Shown here piece by piece: positions 1 through 9,333 of a stretch of 32,000 nucleotides of DNA (the stretch's first letter is position 1; every line of letters starts with the position of its first letter). Under the pieces are notes generated by a model that worked only from the letters and a program-made list of their open reading frames with translations, did not search any database and was not told the DNA's origin. A program made the position numbers and the translations under genes. The DNA lies in assembly GCF_000008645.1 (NCBI RefSeq), contig NC_000916.1:540001-572000 (forward strand). Reading direction: 5' to 3'. The DNA is from Methanothermobacter thermautotrophicus str. Delta H. Its GTDB lineage: Archaea; Methanobacteriota; Methanobacteria; Methanobacteriales; Methanothermobacteraceae.

Positions 1-196
1 CCACCCTTCTCGGGTGTATGAGGAATAGCACAGCATTTATTTCACCATTTAATTCGTGAAGATTCCTTTTCTCATCGATAAGCATCCTTGCAGCTACCCT
101 TATTACGTCTGACCTTCCCGAGAATCCCAGCTCATCCCTCAGGGCGTCTATCTCCTCCAGGAGCTTTTCACCGAGTGAAACACTGACAACCACCAT
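1..196 (-). CDS. nikR: NikR-family ribbon-helix-helix metal-responsive transcriptional regulator, N-terminal part only (gene runs off the left edge)
   Basis: Manual minus-strand translation from ATG 196-194 gives [65 protein letters not shown]. This fits the NikR/CopG N-terminal pattern (SVSL..LL..D......G...RS..IR.A.R), followed by the start of the metal-binding domain. It is divergent from a metal ABC importer. Confidence 0.7.
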
Positions 197-209
197 GGAA
201 GATCCTATC

Positions 210-248
210 TTAATAAATGTTTATATATTTTATGTTAAAATTTATTAA
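210..248. promoter_or_regulatory. Candidate operator dyad TTAATAAAT-N21-ATTTATTAA in the AT-rich divergent nikR/znuA promoter region
   Basis: A perfect 9-bp inverted repeat (210-218 and 240-248) lies in the 116-bp AT-rich spacer, which also carries several TATA-like boxes (tttatatatt, tttatattaa). Long-spaced dyads are typical of NikR operators. Confidence 0.3.
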
Positions 249-312
249 ATTTTATCGTTTATATTAACAATTATTATATGGTTGCGTTGACATAACTTAA
301 CAGGGTGGTTGG

Positions 313-1200
313 ATGGAGAGGTGGAAGCCAGGTCTAATTGCAGTCATAACCGTCGTATCGGTGGCCGCCATGTACCTCATAACATCCACAACATCACCCT
401 GGAGCAGTGGAGATAACATTACAGTCGCTGTGACCATAATGCCCCAGAAGGAATTCGTGGAGGCCATCGCCGGTGACCGTGCAGAGGTGGTTGTCCTAGT
501 ACCCGAGGGGGCCGACCCACACACCTATGAGCCAGAACCAGAAACCCTCAGGAAGGTTTCAGAGGCCAGGGCCTACTTCATAGTGGGATCAGGAATCGAG
601 TTCGAAAACCACTACCTCAACAAGATAAGGAGCATGAACCCCCGGATGAGGATAATAAACACCTCAAGGGGTATAGAATTAATCCCAAACCAGGGAGAAG
701 ACCATCATCCAGCCGAAAGCCCCTATGACCCCCACGTATGGACATCCCCAGGAAACGCCATGATAATGGTTAACAACACCATGAGGGGCCTGCAGGAAAT
801 CGACCCCACCGGCAGCAGATACTACCAGGAAAACGCAGGCCTCTACACTGAAAAGCTCATGGACCTCGACTTCAGGATCAGGAAGGCCCTTGAAAAAAGG
901 AGAGGAGAGAGCATGCTGGTTTACCATCCAGCATGGGGTTACTTCTGCAGGCAATACGGATTAAAACAGGTGGCGATTGAAAGAGAGGGGAAGGAACCAG
1001 GGCCAGGAACACTCTCCATGATAATCCAGGATGCCAGAGAAGGTGGTGTGAGGGTCATAATGGTATCACCCCAGTTCAGCAGAAAGAACGCCGAGCTTAT
1101 AGCCCGTGAAATAGGTGCAGAGGTCGTTGTGGTGGACCCCCTTGGTGGAAACTACACGAAAAATATTGAAGCAATAGCAGAGGCTCTGAGGAGGAAATGA
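313..1200 (+). CDS. znuA: Metal (Zn/Mn-type) ABC transporter substrate-binding protein, TroA/ZnuA cluster-9 family, with N-terminal membrane anchor
   Basis: 295-aa ORF with an N-terminal hydrophobic helix. Contains a DPHTYEP motif, an HH/acidic loop (GEDHHPAESPYDPHVW) and a YHPAWGYF motif typical of ZnuA/TroA. Its stop overlaps the next ABC gene (ATGA at 1197-1200). Confidence 0.88.
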   Translation: MERWKPGLIAVITVVSVAAMYLITSTTSPWSSGDNITVAVTIMPQKEFVEAIAGDRAEVVVLVPEGADPHTYEPEPETLRKVSEARAYFIVGSGIEFENHYLNKIRSMNPRMRIINTSRGIELIPNQGEDHHPAESPYDPHVWTSPGNAMIMVNNTMRGLQEIDPTGSRYYQENAGLYTEKLMDLDFRIRKALEKRRGESMLVYHPAWGYFCRQYGLKQVAIEREGKEPGPGTLSMIIQDAREGGVRVIMVSPQFSRKNAELIAREIGAEVVVVDPLGGNYTKNIEAIAEALRRK

Positions 1201-1949
1201 ACATGCTCGCCATTGAAATGGAGGATTTAAGCTACTGCATCAATGGTAGGGAGATACTCAGGAACATAAACCTGAAGGTGCCCATGGGGGAACTCCTTGC
1301 AGTTATCGGACCAAACGGTGGTGGTAAAACAACCCTTCTCAGACTCATAACAGGGCAGATCAAACCAACCAGAGGAACCGTCAGGGTTCTTGGAATGAAA
1401 CCAGAGGATTCAAGGTCAAGGATTGGCTACCTCCCCCAGAGGAGCCACTTTGAAACCGACTTCCCCATCAACATCCTCCAGACCGTTCTGATTGGAACCT
1501 ACAGGAGATTCGAGGCACCCACAGATGATGACAGGAAAAAGGCCCTCAGGGCCCTTAAAATGGTTGGAATGCTGGAATACAGGGACCGGAAGATAGGCGA
1601 ACTCTCAGGCGGAGAACTCCAGAGGGTATTCCTTGCAAGGGCTCTTGTAAGAGAACCGGACCTCCTGCTGCTTGATGAACCAACAGCAAGCGTAGACCCT
1701 GCATTCAGGGGTTCATTCTACAGGATAATCGATGAGCTGAGGGATGAAATGACCATAGTTATAGTATCCCATGACATAGGAACAGTGGCACGGCATGTGG
1801 ACAGTGTTGCCTGCCTCAACCACCGGCTTTTCGTGCATGGAACCGTTGAGGAGGCCCTAAAATGCATTGATGATGCTTACGGATGTCCCGTGGAGTTACT
1901 TGCACATGGAATACCCCATAGAGTTCTTGAAGATCATCCCGATGAATGA
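1197..1949 (+). CDS. znuC: Metal ABC transporter ATP-binding protein (ZnuC-like)
   Basis: Walker A GPNGGGKT, ABC signature LSGGELQR and Walker B LLLLDEP. Translationally coupled to znuA. Confidence 0.92.
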   Translation: MNMLAIEMEDLSYCINGREILRNINLKVPMGELLAVIGPNGGGKTTLLRLITGQIKPTRGTVRVLGMKPEDSRSRIGYLPQRSHFETDFPINILQTVLIGTYRRFEAPTDDDRKKALRALKMVGMLEYRDRKIGELSGGELQRVFLARALVREPDLLLLDEPTASVDPAFRGSFYRIIDELRDEMTIVIVSHDIGTVARHVDSVACLNHRLFVHGTVEEALKCIDDAYGCPVELLAHGIPHRVLEDHPDE

Positions 1950-2051
1950 TTGAAATGCTGAATTCCCGGTATCCGAGTACAATGAGAAGATGACAGCATC
2001 AGCTGAATCACAGATACTGAATCCTTATGACGTGAACGATCCAAGGAAGGA

Positions 2052-2861
2052 GTGATGGGCTTGCTGGAGTTGCTGCAGTACCAGTTCATGAGGAACGCGG
2101 CTGTCGCAGCCATACTTGTAAGTATAGCTTGCGGTGCAGTTGGGAGCTACGTTGTAACAAAGAGGATAGTGTCAATAAGTGGCGGCATATCCCATGCAGC
2201 CTTTGGTGGCGTGGGCCTCGGCTACTTCCTCGGGGTGAACCCGATCACATCTGCCATACCCTTCACGGTGGCTGCAGCCCTTACGATGGGTGCAGTGACA
2301 CGGAGGACCCGTATAAGTGAGGACACTGCAATAGGGGTGCTCTGGTCCGCAGGGATGGCCCTGGGTATACTTTTCATAAACCTCAGCCCGGGCTATGCAC
2401 CGGACCTCTTCAGCTACCTCTTCGGTAACATACTCATGGTAGACAACGGGGACCTCTGGACCATGCTGGTGCTTGACCTCATCATAATATCAAGTGCCCT
2501 CCTGTTCAACAGGGAGTTCGTTGCCATCTGCTTTGATGAGGAGTACGCCGAGGTTCTGGGTGTCCCTGTCGACGCCTTCTACCTGTACCTCCTTGTCCTT
2601 GTTGCCATAAGTGTTGTGGTTCTCATAAAGGCTGCCGGAATAATACTTGTGATGGCCCTCCTAACAATCCCTGCAGCACTTGCAAAGGATTTCAGTTCAG
2701 ATATGGCTGATATAATGGTTAAGGCATCGGCTATAGGTATAATCACGGCCCTCGCAGGCCTCTGGATCTCATATATATTCAACGTATCTTCAGGTGCAGT
2801 TATAGTGCTGGTCCTCACAGCTCTCTTTGGTGCTGTTCAGTTCATCAAAAGACGGTTTTGA
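2052..2861 (+). CDS. znuB: Metal ABC transporter permease (ABC-3 / ZnuB-like)
   Basis: 269-aa polytopic membrane protein following znuA and znuC. RBS GGAAGGAG lies just upstream. The start is GTG 2052 or ATG 2055. Confidence 0.88.
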   Translation: MMGLLELLQYQFMRNAAVAAILVSIACGAVGSYVVTKRIVSISGGISHAAFGGVGLGYFLGVNPITSAIPFTVAAALTMGAVTRRTRISEDTAIGVLWSAGMALGILFINLSPGYAPDLFSYLFGNILMVDNGDLWTMLVLDLIIISSALLFNREFVAICFDEEYAEVLGVPVDAFYLYLLVLVAISVVVLIKAAGIILVMALLTIPAALAKDFSSDMADIMVKASAIGIITALAGLWISYIFNVSSGAVIVLVLTALFGAVQFIKRRF

Positions 2862-2936
2862 TTACATTTGAACTGATTGGCCTTAAAAGGGTATGAAGCC
2901 AATAAATACATTAAAGATGGTGCAGAACACTAGAAC

Positions 2937-3143
2937 ATGAAGTGCGGATCTGACCTCAGGGATACACTTAAATCGGCGATCGGTGATTACCTCAGCATAA
3001 CCCTCATAACCGGTAAAACATATTATGGTGAGGTTAAAAGGGTGGAAACAGATTACATTAGCCTTGAATTAAAATTAAGGGGTGGTAGAACCACCACCAC
3101 TGTCATAATACCACTTGCACATATCGTGACCATAACCCTATGA
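2937..3143 (+). CDS. Small hypothetical protein, possibly Sm-like/DUF2642-like beta-barrel
   Basis: 68-aa ORF. The pattern LITGKTYYGEVKRVETDYISLE...VIIPLAHIVTI resembles Sm-fold small proteins. A TATA-like aataaatacattaaag sits about 25-35 nt upstream, so the mRNA may be leaderless. No strong RBS. Confidence 0.45.
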   Translation: MKCGSDLRDTLKSAIGDYLSITLITGKTYYGEVKRVETDYISLELKLRGGRTTTTVIIPLAHIVTITL

Positions 3144-3196
3144 TCACCTTAAAAACAGTGAAAGATATGGTAGTATCCACTGCCTTCCCAGCACAG

Positions 3197-3214
3197 CCTT
3201 AAAAACAGTAAAGG
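3197..3214 (-). terminator. Oligo-T tract (CTGTTTTTAAGG on the minus strand) immediately after the rpiA stop; a second copy lies at 3147-3164
   Basis: Archaeal terminators are oligo-T runs. A T5 run on the coding strand lies directly downstream of the rpiA stop codon, and the motif is duplicated 50 nt further on. Confidence 0.3.
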
Positions 3215-3883
3215 TCACCTGAGAATCTTAAGACCCTCAGAGGTACCTGCTATAACCATATCTGCAATTCCAGCGAATATGCCGTTCTCAACAACACCCG
3301 GTATGTTGTTCAGCCGGGACTCCATGGCTCCGGGATCATCAATAACACCAAAGGCCGCGTCAAGGACAAAGTTACCATTATCAGTAACAACAGGACCGTC
3401 CTTGCCCTCAGAGGACCTTATATTCACTGAAGCCCCCATTGACTCGAGTTTGAGCTTCACAGGCCTGCAAGCTGCGGGTATGACTTCAACAGGTAGTGGG
3501 AAGGCACCCAGTCTTTCAACAAGCTTTGATTCGTCCACAATAACTATGAAACTCGCGGCGGATGAGTCAACTATCTTCTCAAGGGTGTGGGCGGCCCCAC
3601 CACCCTTTATAAGGTTGAGGTCCGGGTCAACCTCATCTGCACCGTCAACAGCCACATCAACATCATGTTCAGCGAGACTTGTAACCTTTATCCCTGACTC
3701 CGCTGCAAGGAACATTGACTGGTAGGATGTAGGTACACCCATAACCTCCAGTCCCTCCTCCCTGACACGTCTTCCAAGCTCCTCTATGAAGTAATGGGTT
3801 GTTGAACCTGTTCCAAGACCTACAACATCCCCATCATCTATTTCGTCAACCGCCCTCAAAGCAGCCATCTTCTTGAGATTCAT
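3215..3883 (-). CDS. rpiA: Ribose-5-phosphate isomerase A
   Basis: Motifs GLGTGST, DGADEVD, KGGGAA and the overall length are typical of RpiA. The longest ORF starts at 3895 (MEVFMNLKK), but that codon run contains GGAGGT, which serves as an RBS for ATG 3883. Confidence 0.93.
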   Translation of the reverse strand: MNLKKMAALRAVDEIDDGDVVGLGTGSTTHYFIEELGRRVREEGLEVMGVPTSYQSMFLAAESGIKVTSLAEHDVDVAVDGADEVDPDLNLIKGGGAAHTLEKIVDSSAASFIVIVDESKLVERLGAFPLPVEVIPAACRPVKLKLESMGASVNIRSSEGKDGPVVTDNGNFVLDAAFGVIDDPGAMESRLNNIPGVVENGIFAGIADMVIAGTSEGLKILR

Positions 3884-3896
3884 AAATACCTCCATC

Positions 3897-4340
3897 TCAT
3901 TTTTTATCCAGAGGTCTTAAAAGGACCCTTCTCAGTTCATTCCCTGCAGGGCACTGTTTTCCAGGTTTTCCCAGATTTTTTACAATCCTGCACCTGTCAC
4001 CCTCCATGACACCCTCCGGGAAGCAGAGGTCCCTCATGCTGCACTCAACGTCACAGTCAGGGAACTCAAAGGAGATCACTGAACCTTCAAAGGCCCTCTT
4101 GGAATCTATGAGAACCTCTATATTGGCCTTCTCAACATCGACCACGCGTACCCTCTCACCGAGGTGTATGGGGCATCTCTGGTACCTGTCCTTAACCTCA
4201 TTGATGTGGTAGACTCTCCCCTCCTCGAGGGGTGCTATACATGTCGGCTGGAACCTGCAGTCTCTGCACTTCTCAGCCGGTCCGCAGAAGAGGAACATTG
4301 ACCCCTTCCTGGCAAGTTTTTCACCGATAAGAGTTATCAA
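3897..4340 (-). CDS. UPF0179 family Cys-rich conserved archaeal protein
   Basis: 147-aa ORF, MITLIGEKLARKG...CRDCRF...C, with multiple CxxC-like cysteines. TTG start directly abuts the egsA stop. Family assignment is from memory. Confidence 0.75.
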   Translation of the reverse strand: MITLIGEKLARKGSMFLFCGPAEKCRDCRFQPTCIAPLEEGRVYHINEVKDRYQRCPIHLGERVRVVDVEKANIEVLIDSKRAFEGSVISFEFPDCDVECSMRDLCFPEGVMEGDRCRIVKNLGKPGKQCPAGNELRRVLLRPLDKK

Positions 4341-5384
4341 TCATATCACTTCCGTTATCTTTGCAAGCCTTTCGGCGGCTTCACGGGTTAAACCCCTGTC
4401 TCCAAGGATGGTGTAGCGTTCCCTACGGATGTTGTGGGCCATCGTGAGGGCCTCAATGATGTACTCAGGATCTATACCAAGCTCAGCTGCAGTCGTGGGG
4501 GCGTTTATACGGGCAAGAGCGTCCCTTATGAACTGCCAGTCCCCTCCATGGAGGTGCATCATCATTATGGTTCCCACACCACACTGTTCACCGTGGAGGG
4601 CTGGTTTGGGTGCTATCATGTCAAGGGCATGGCTGAACTTGTGCTCGGAGCCACTGGCGGGTCTGCTGCTCCCGGCTATACTTATGGCTATGCCGCTGCT
4701 TATGAGGGATTTGACTGCCAGCCTGGCGCTCTCCTCAAGGCCCTCCTTTATTGCGTCGGCAGACTTTATTATCATCTTGGCTGTCATCAGGGAAAGAGCC
4801 GCTGCAGATTCACTGTACCTCTCATTCAGGAGCCTGTGGGCAAGTTTCCAGTCCATTATGGCTGTGTAATTCGATATTATGTCGGCGCAGCCAGATGCCA
4901 GGAGCCTGAATGGTGCCCTGCTTATTATCTCGGTATCAGCTATTACACCTATGGGTGATGAGGCCTCAAGGGATGCTGTACCTTCACCATTCCTTATGGA
5001 TGCCCGTGGAGATGCTATGCCATCATGGGATGCTGCAGTCGGGACACTTATGAAATGGAGGCCCTCAAGGGTGGCGGACATCTTCGCAACATCTATGACC
5101 TTACCTCCACCAACCCCGAGGACAACCGAAACGCCGTCAAGGCCATCCTGCACATTCCTCACAGATGCCATGGTGGCATCATCGACGGTTACCTGGTCAA
5201 CTTCAAATCCCTCGGCCTGGAGGCTCTCAATGGCAGCCTCCCCTGCAATCTGAAGGGTCCTTGGTCCGGTTACAACCATGGCCCTGCCCTCAAATCTCAG
5301 GTCCCTGCATATCCTCCCTGTGTCCTCGATAACACCTGGCCCTGTGTATATCTCCCTTGGTAGCTGAATTTTCCTTGGATCCAT
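4341..5384 (-). CDS. egsA: sn-Glycerol-1-phosphate dehydrogenase [NAD(P)+] (archaeal lipid backbone synthesis)
   Basis: 347-aa iron/zinc-dependent alcohol-dehydrogenase-fold protein with [12 protein letters not shown] and H..D/HGEQ metal ligands, as in EgsA. An archaeal signature gene. Confidence 0.92.
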   Translation of the reverse strand: MDPRKIQLPREIYTGPGVIEDTGRICRDLRFEGRAMVVTGPRTLQIAGEAAIESLQAEGFEVDQVTVDDATMASVRNVQDGLDGVSVVLGVGGGKVIDVAKMSATLEGLHFISVPTAASHDGIASPRASIRNGEGTASLEASSPIGVIADTEIISRAPFRLLASGCADIISNYTAIMDWKLAHRLLNERYSESAAALSLMTAKMIIKSADAIKEGLEESARLAVKSLISSGIAISIAGSSRPASGSEHKFSHALDMIAPKPALHGEQCGVGTIMMMHLHGGDWQFIRDALARINAPTTAAELGIDPEYIIEALTMAHNIRRERYTILGDRGLTREAAERLAKITEVI

Positions 5385-5456
5385 GTTAACCCTCTAATGG
5401 AGTATATTTTAAGTAGGAGTAATAAAATAATTTTTGATTAGTGTTTATCTCCAGGG

Positions 5457-5470
5457 AAAAATATATTTTT
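5457..5470 (+). promoter_or_regulatory. TATA-like box (aaaaatatattttt) for proS
   Basis: An AT-rich box lies about 50 nt upstream of ATG 5517. The expected TSS about 25 nt downstream leaves a short leader carrying GGTGA (5506-5510). Confidence 0.4.
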
Positions 5471-5516
5471 GCAGAAACCTATCAAAAAAGACCCTAACCG
5501 TTATCATGGTGAAAAA

Positions 5517-6917
5517 ATGACAGAGTTCAGTGAATGGTTCCATAACATTTTAGAGGAAGCCGAAATTATCGATCAGAGGTACCCCGTTAAGGGCATGCAC
5601 GTCTGGATGCCCCACGGATTCATGATAAGGAAGAATACCCTGAAAATCCTCAGGAGGATACTTGACAGGGACCATGAAGAGGTACTGTTCCCGCTTCTCG
5701 TACCGGAGGATGAACTGGCAAAGGAGGCCATACACGTAAAGGGATTCGAGGACGAGGTCTACTGGGTGACCCACGGCGGCCTTAGCAAACTCCAGAGAAA
5801 ACTTGCCCTGAGGCCCACAAGTGAAACCGTAATGTACCCCATGTTCGCCCTCTGGGTCAGGTCACACACGGACCTCCCCATGAGGTTCTACCAGGTGGTC
5901 AACACCTTCAGGTATGAAACAAAACACACGAGGCCCCTGATAAGGGTCCGTGAGATAACAACCTTCAAGGAGGCCCACACTATACATGCAACCGCCTCTG
6001 AAGCAGAAGAGCAGGTCGAAAGGGCGGTGGAGATCTATAAAGAATTCTTTAACTCCCTAGGGATCCCCTACCTGATAACCAGGAGGCCACCATGGGACAA
6101 ATTCCCGGGGTCAGAGTACACTGTTGCCTTCGACACCCTCATGCCCGATGGTAAGACCCTCCAGATTGGAACCGTCCACAACCTCGGCCAGACCTTCGCA
6201 AGGACCTTCGAGATAAAATTTGAAACCCCTGAGGGGGACCATGAATACGTCCACCAGACCTGCTACGGACTATCCGACAGGGTCATAGCCTCGGTGATAG
6301 CCATCCACGGTGACGAATCCGGGCTCTGCCTCCCCCCTGATGTGGCGGCCCATCAGGTGGTGATAGTGCCCATAATATTCAAGAAGGCCGCGGAGGAGGT
6401 TATGGAGGCCTGCAGGGAACTCAGATCCCGGCTTGAGGCGGCCGGGTTCAGGGTGCACCTTGATGACCGTGACATCAGGGCCGGCAGGAAGTACTATGAG
6501 TGGGAGATGCGCGGAGTACCTCTGAGGGTCGAGATCGGGCCAAGGGACCTTGAAAAGGGTGCGGCAGTGATATCACGGAGAGATACTGGTGAGAAGGTAA
6601 CCGCCGACCTCCAGGGCATTGAGGAAACCCTCAGGGAGCTCATGAAAGACATCCTGGAAAACCTCAGAACAAGGGCATGGGAGAGGATGGAGTCAGAGAT
6701 CCGGGAGGCTGAGACCCTCGAGGAGGCCTCAAGAATAGTAGATGAAAAGAGGGGCATCATATCATTCATGTGGTGCGGTGAAGAGGAATGCGGTATGGAT
6801 GTTGAGGAGAAGGTCCGCGTGGACATCCTGGGAATACAGGAGGAAGGAAGCGGAACCTGCATAAACTGTGGCCGCGAGGCCCCTACAGGGCTTACCTTGC
6901 CAGAACATATTAGCTGA
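5517..6917 (+). CDS. proS: Prolyl-tRNA synthetase, archaeal/eukaryote-like type, with an aberrant C-terminus in this sequence
   Basis: Class II aaRS motifs ([21 protein letters not shown]), an anticodon-binding domain and a C-terminal Cys-rich Zn domain (CGEEEC...CINCG). ATG 5517 is preceded by GGTGA. The TTG 5469 start of the track lies inside the TATA box. The final 12 codons appear frameshifted (see findings). Confidence 0.93.
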   Translation: MTEFSEWFHNILEEAEIIDQRYPVKGMHVWMPHGFMIRKNTLKILRRILDRDHEEVLFPLLVPEDELAKEAIHVKGFEDEVYWVTHGGLSKLQRKLALRPTSETVMYPMFALWVRSHTDLPMRFYQVVNTFRYETKHTRPLIRVREITTFKEAHTIHATASEAEEQVERAVEIYKEFFNSLGIPYLITRRPPWDKFPGSEYTVAFDTLMPDGKTLQIGTVHNLGQTFARTFEIKFETPEGDHEYVHQTCYGLSDRVIASVIAIHGDESGLCLPPDVAAHQVVIVPIIFKKAAEEVMEACRELRSRLEAAGFRVHLDDRDIRAGRKYYEWEMRGVPLRVEIGPRDLEKGAAVISRRDTGEKVTADLQGIEETLRELMKDILENLRTRAWERMESEIREAETLEEASRIVDEKRGIISFMWCGEEECGMDVEEKVRVDILGIQEEGSGTCINCGREAPTGLTLPEHIS

Positions 6918-6967
6918 TGAGTAAAATAATTCCGGGTCACGGTACATCATATGAGATGGGAGATTGA

Positions 6968-7669
6968 ATGAAAGGAAGAATAATCCTGGTCATCGGAACA
7001 ATATTCCTGTTCGCGTTCCTCAGCGGAATTATCGGGTACGTCACCATGGGCGGCCCCGACCTTGAAACAGCCTACCATGAGGGCAACGTGGAGATCACAC
7101 AGAAGAGCAGCGCCGGTGAGGTGCCCCACACCATTGAGGTTAAGAACCCCGGTCAGAGGCCGGTACGGGTTAAAACAGGGACCATCCTCAGATCTGAAAC
7201 ATCAGGAGGCCTGGTGACAGCAGAAAACACTGAGGTGGCACCGGAGTCATCTGCAGAGGTCCTCGCGTACTCCCTTGAACCTGAGAGGAGGACCATGAAA
7301 GGCGCTGGCCTTGAACCGGCAGGGACGGTACCGTCACTCATGGAGGATGTGATCTCATCATCAAACCCTGAAGATCCCCGGGACGCCTTCAGGACACAGC
7401 TCATGATATGGATCCTTGCAAGGGGAGACGACCTCAACATATACCGGGGAGAGGTCTACGCCACGGTGAAGGGGAGGGATATGAGGTTCTACCAGCTCAG
7501 GGACAACATAACAGCTGTTAAATCAGAACTTGCATCAGAATATGGCCTCACAGAGGACCAGTTAAGTGAGGTGAACATCAACAGTTCACTTCTTAACAGG
7601 AGCCAGAGCCCATTCAAGATTTTCTCCATGCTCGAGGGTCTTAAAAATAGGTTTGGAGCGATACCATGA
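6968..7669 (+). CDS. Hypothetical membrane-anchored protein (single N-terminal TM helix)
   Basis: 233-aa ORF with RBS GGGAGA and an N-terminal hydrophobic helix ILVIGTIFLFAFLSGIIGYV. Its stop overlaps the cofC start (ATGA at 7666-7669). I recognise no family. Confidence 0.6.
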   Translation: MKGRIILVIGTIFLFAFLSGIIGYVTMGGPDLETAYHEGNVEITQKSSAGEVPHTIEVKNPGQRPVRVKTGTILRSETSGGLVTAENTEVAPESSAEVLAYSLEPERRTMKGAGLEPAGTVPSLMEDVISSSNPEDPRDAFRTQLMIWILARGDDLNIYRGEVYATVKGRDMRFYQLRDNITAVKSELASEYGLTEDQLSEVNINSSLLNRSQSPFKIFSMLEGLKNRFGAIP

Positions 7670-8337
7670 AGACGTGCGCCATAATACCTGTCTCACGATT
7701 CACACATGCAAAGACCCGGCTCTCACCCACCCTTTCACCATCAGAGAGGGAGGGGCTGCTGAAGGCCATGCTCATGGATGTATCGGGGGCCCTTGCCAGA
7801 CACGTGGACAGGGTCCTGGTTATAAGTGCAGATGAGGATGTCCTGGAATACGCATACAGCCTCGGACTTAAGATACTTGAGGAGGAGGGTGAGAGGGACC
7901 TCAACGGGGCCCTTGAGCAGGCAATGGACTTCTGCGCCCCGGAATTTGACAGGGTGATCATAACCCCCTCAGACATACCACTGATAGGGAAAGCAGATGT
8001 CAGCAACCTCCTGGACCATGCATCCCGCGCAGATGTTGTTATAGCGCCGGCGAATGGTGGCGGGACAAACACCCTCATATTAAGACCCTCTGCAATGAGC
8101 CTCAGGTTCGGTGACTGCAGCTTCTTTGAACACATACATGAGGCCAGGGAGAGGGGACTCAGCGTATCGGTCTATGACTCATTCTACCTATCCCTCGATG
8201 TCAACACTGCGGAGGACCTCGGTGAGATAATACTCCACGGTGAGGGGACCCACGCAAGGGAGTACCTCAGAAAACTCCGCTTCACAGTTAAACCCTCCCG
8301 GGGTTCGGACAGGCTGGAGGTTTCAAGGTCACCCTGA
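7666..8337 (+). CDS. cofC: 2-phospho-L-lactate guanylyltransferase (coenzyme F420 biosynthesis)
   Basis: N-terminal AIIPVSRFTHAKTRLSP, the GGGTN motif and a size of about 220 aa match CofC/FbiD. Confidence 0.85.
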   Translation: MKTCAIIPVSRFTHAKTRLSPTLSPSEREGLLKAMLMDVSGALARHVDRVLVISADEDVLEYAYSLGLKILEEEGERDLNGALEQAMDFCAPEFDRVIITPSDIPLIGKADVSNLLDHASRADVVIAPANGGGTNTLILRPSAMSLRFGDCSFFEHIHEARERGLSVSVYDSFYLSLDVNTAEDLGEIILHGEGTHAREYLRKLRFTVKPSRGSDRLEVSRSP

Positions 8338-8350
8338 AGGAGGTGAAATC

Positions 8351-9112
8351 ATGCTGGCACTCTCAATCGCAGGCTTCGACCCATCAGGAGGGGCGGGTAT
8401 ACTTGCAGATATAAAGACCTTCTCTGCCCTGGGGGTGTACGGTGCAGGTGTCATAACCGCATTGACAGCCCAGAACGTGGGGAGGGTCTCCGGTATAATG
8501 CCAGTACCCCCTGGATTTGTGGAGGAACAGCTCGACCTTGTGATGGAGGACCTTCCAGTTGTGCATGCAAAGACAGGAATGCTCTACAGTGCAGAGATAG
8601 TGGAGGCCGTTGCAGAGAAGGTGCGTGAGTACGGTCTGAGGGTGATTGTTGACCCGGTCATGGTGGCTGCATCCGGGGGTGAACTCTCAGAGGGGAACTT
8701 TGTGAGGGCACTGAGGAGGCACCTCCTCCCTGAGGCCCTGATCGTGACACCCAATGTCGCTGAGGCAGAGAGGCTCTCAGATATCCCCATAGGGACCGTG
8801 GATGATGCAATAAGGGCTGCCAGGGTCATAGGTGAACTCTGCGATGTCATAATCACGGGGGGTCACCTCGGCGGGAGGAGTGTAATCCTGATCGACGGTG
8901 ATGTGGAGGTTCTTGAGGGGAAACTTCTTGATAGCCGGAACACCCATGGGAGTGGATGCTCCTTCTCAGCTGCAACGGCAGCATACCTTGAGAGGGGGCT
9001 TGACCTGGGGGAAGCCCTGAGGATGGCCGACGACTTTGTGAGGGAGGCCATAAGGCACGGGCACCACGGTACCCTCAATCAGTTCTGGATGCACGGCAGG
9101 TACCCTGAATAG
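8351..9112 (+). CDS. thiD: Hydroxymethylpyrimidine/phosphomethylpyrimidine kinase (thiamine biosynthesis)
   Basis: LSIAGFDPSGGAGILADIKT, AQN and THGSGCSFSAA motifs. ATG 8351 is preceded by AGGAGGTGA. The upstream extension to 8240 overlaps the cofC tail out of frame. Confidence 0.92.
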   Translation: MLALSIAGFDPSGGAGILADIKTFSALGVYGAGVITALTAQNVGRVSGIMPVPPGFVEEQLDLVMEDLPVVHAKTGMLYSAEIVEAVAEKVREYGLRVIVDPVMVAASGGELSEGNFVRALRRHLLPEALIVTPNVAEAERLSDIPIGTVDDAIRAARVIGELCDVIITGGHLGGRSVILIDGDVEVLEGKLLDSRNTHGSGCSFSAATAAYLERGLDLGEALRMADDFVREAIRHGHHGTLNQFWMHGRYPE

Positions 9113-9333
9113 TCCATTAACTGAAAATAATTCGGATTTTTATTTCCGGCCCCTGACGGATCATGTCATGATGAATTTTTGTGTACTGTAAGAGTCAGAT
9201 GTTTGAGTTTGAGTCATTGCATAGCACCTTAATGATCCCATATGGTCTGCAGAATTGATAGTTTGATAAAGTTGGGATCTGGAAAGCTTAACAGAAACTT
9301 CAGTCAGTGGAATAAAAAAATAAGGTATACGGT

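Noticed and set aside
1958-2024. Three copies of CTGAATYC in the znuC-znuB spacer
   Set aside because: It is a short 8-mer with irregular spacing (45 and 14 nt) and no dyad symmetry, so probably chance.
3279-5363. Multiple plus-strand ORFs (68-174 aa) opposite rpiA, UPF0179 and egsA
   Set aside because: All are antisense to strongly supported enzymes and show biased Ser/Pro/Ala composition.
5469-5516. TTG-initiated 16-codon N-terminal extension of proS (track start 5469)
   Set aside because: The TTG lies inside the AT-rich TATA-like box (5457-5470). ATG 5517 has a GGTGA RBS, and the conserved ProRS N-terminus ([12 protein letters not shown]) starts there.
6494-6940. 148-aa and 62-aa ORFs antisense to the proS 3' half
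   Set aside because: Shadow ORFs opposite a well-supported aaRS gene.
8240-8350. 37-codon upstream extension of thiD
   Set aside because: It overlaps the cofC 3' end in another frame and lacks ThiD similarity. ATG 8351 follows a perfect AGGAGGTGA RBS and begins the conserved LSIAGFDPSGGAG block.
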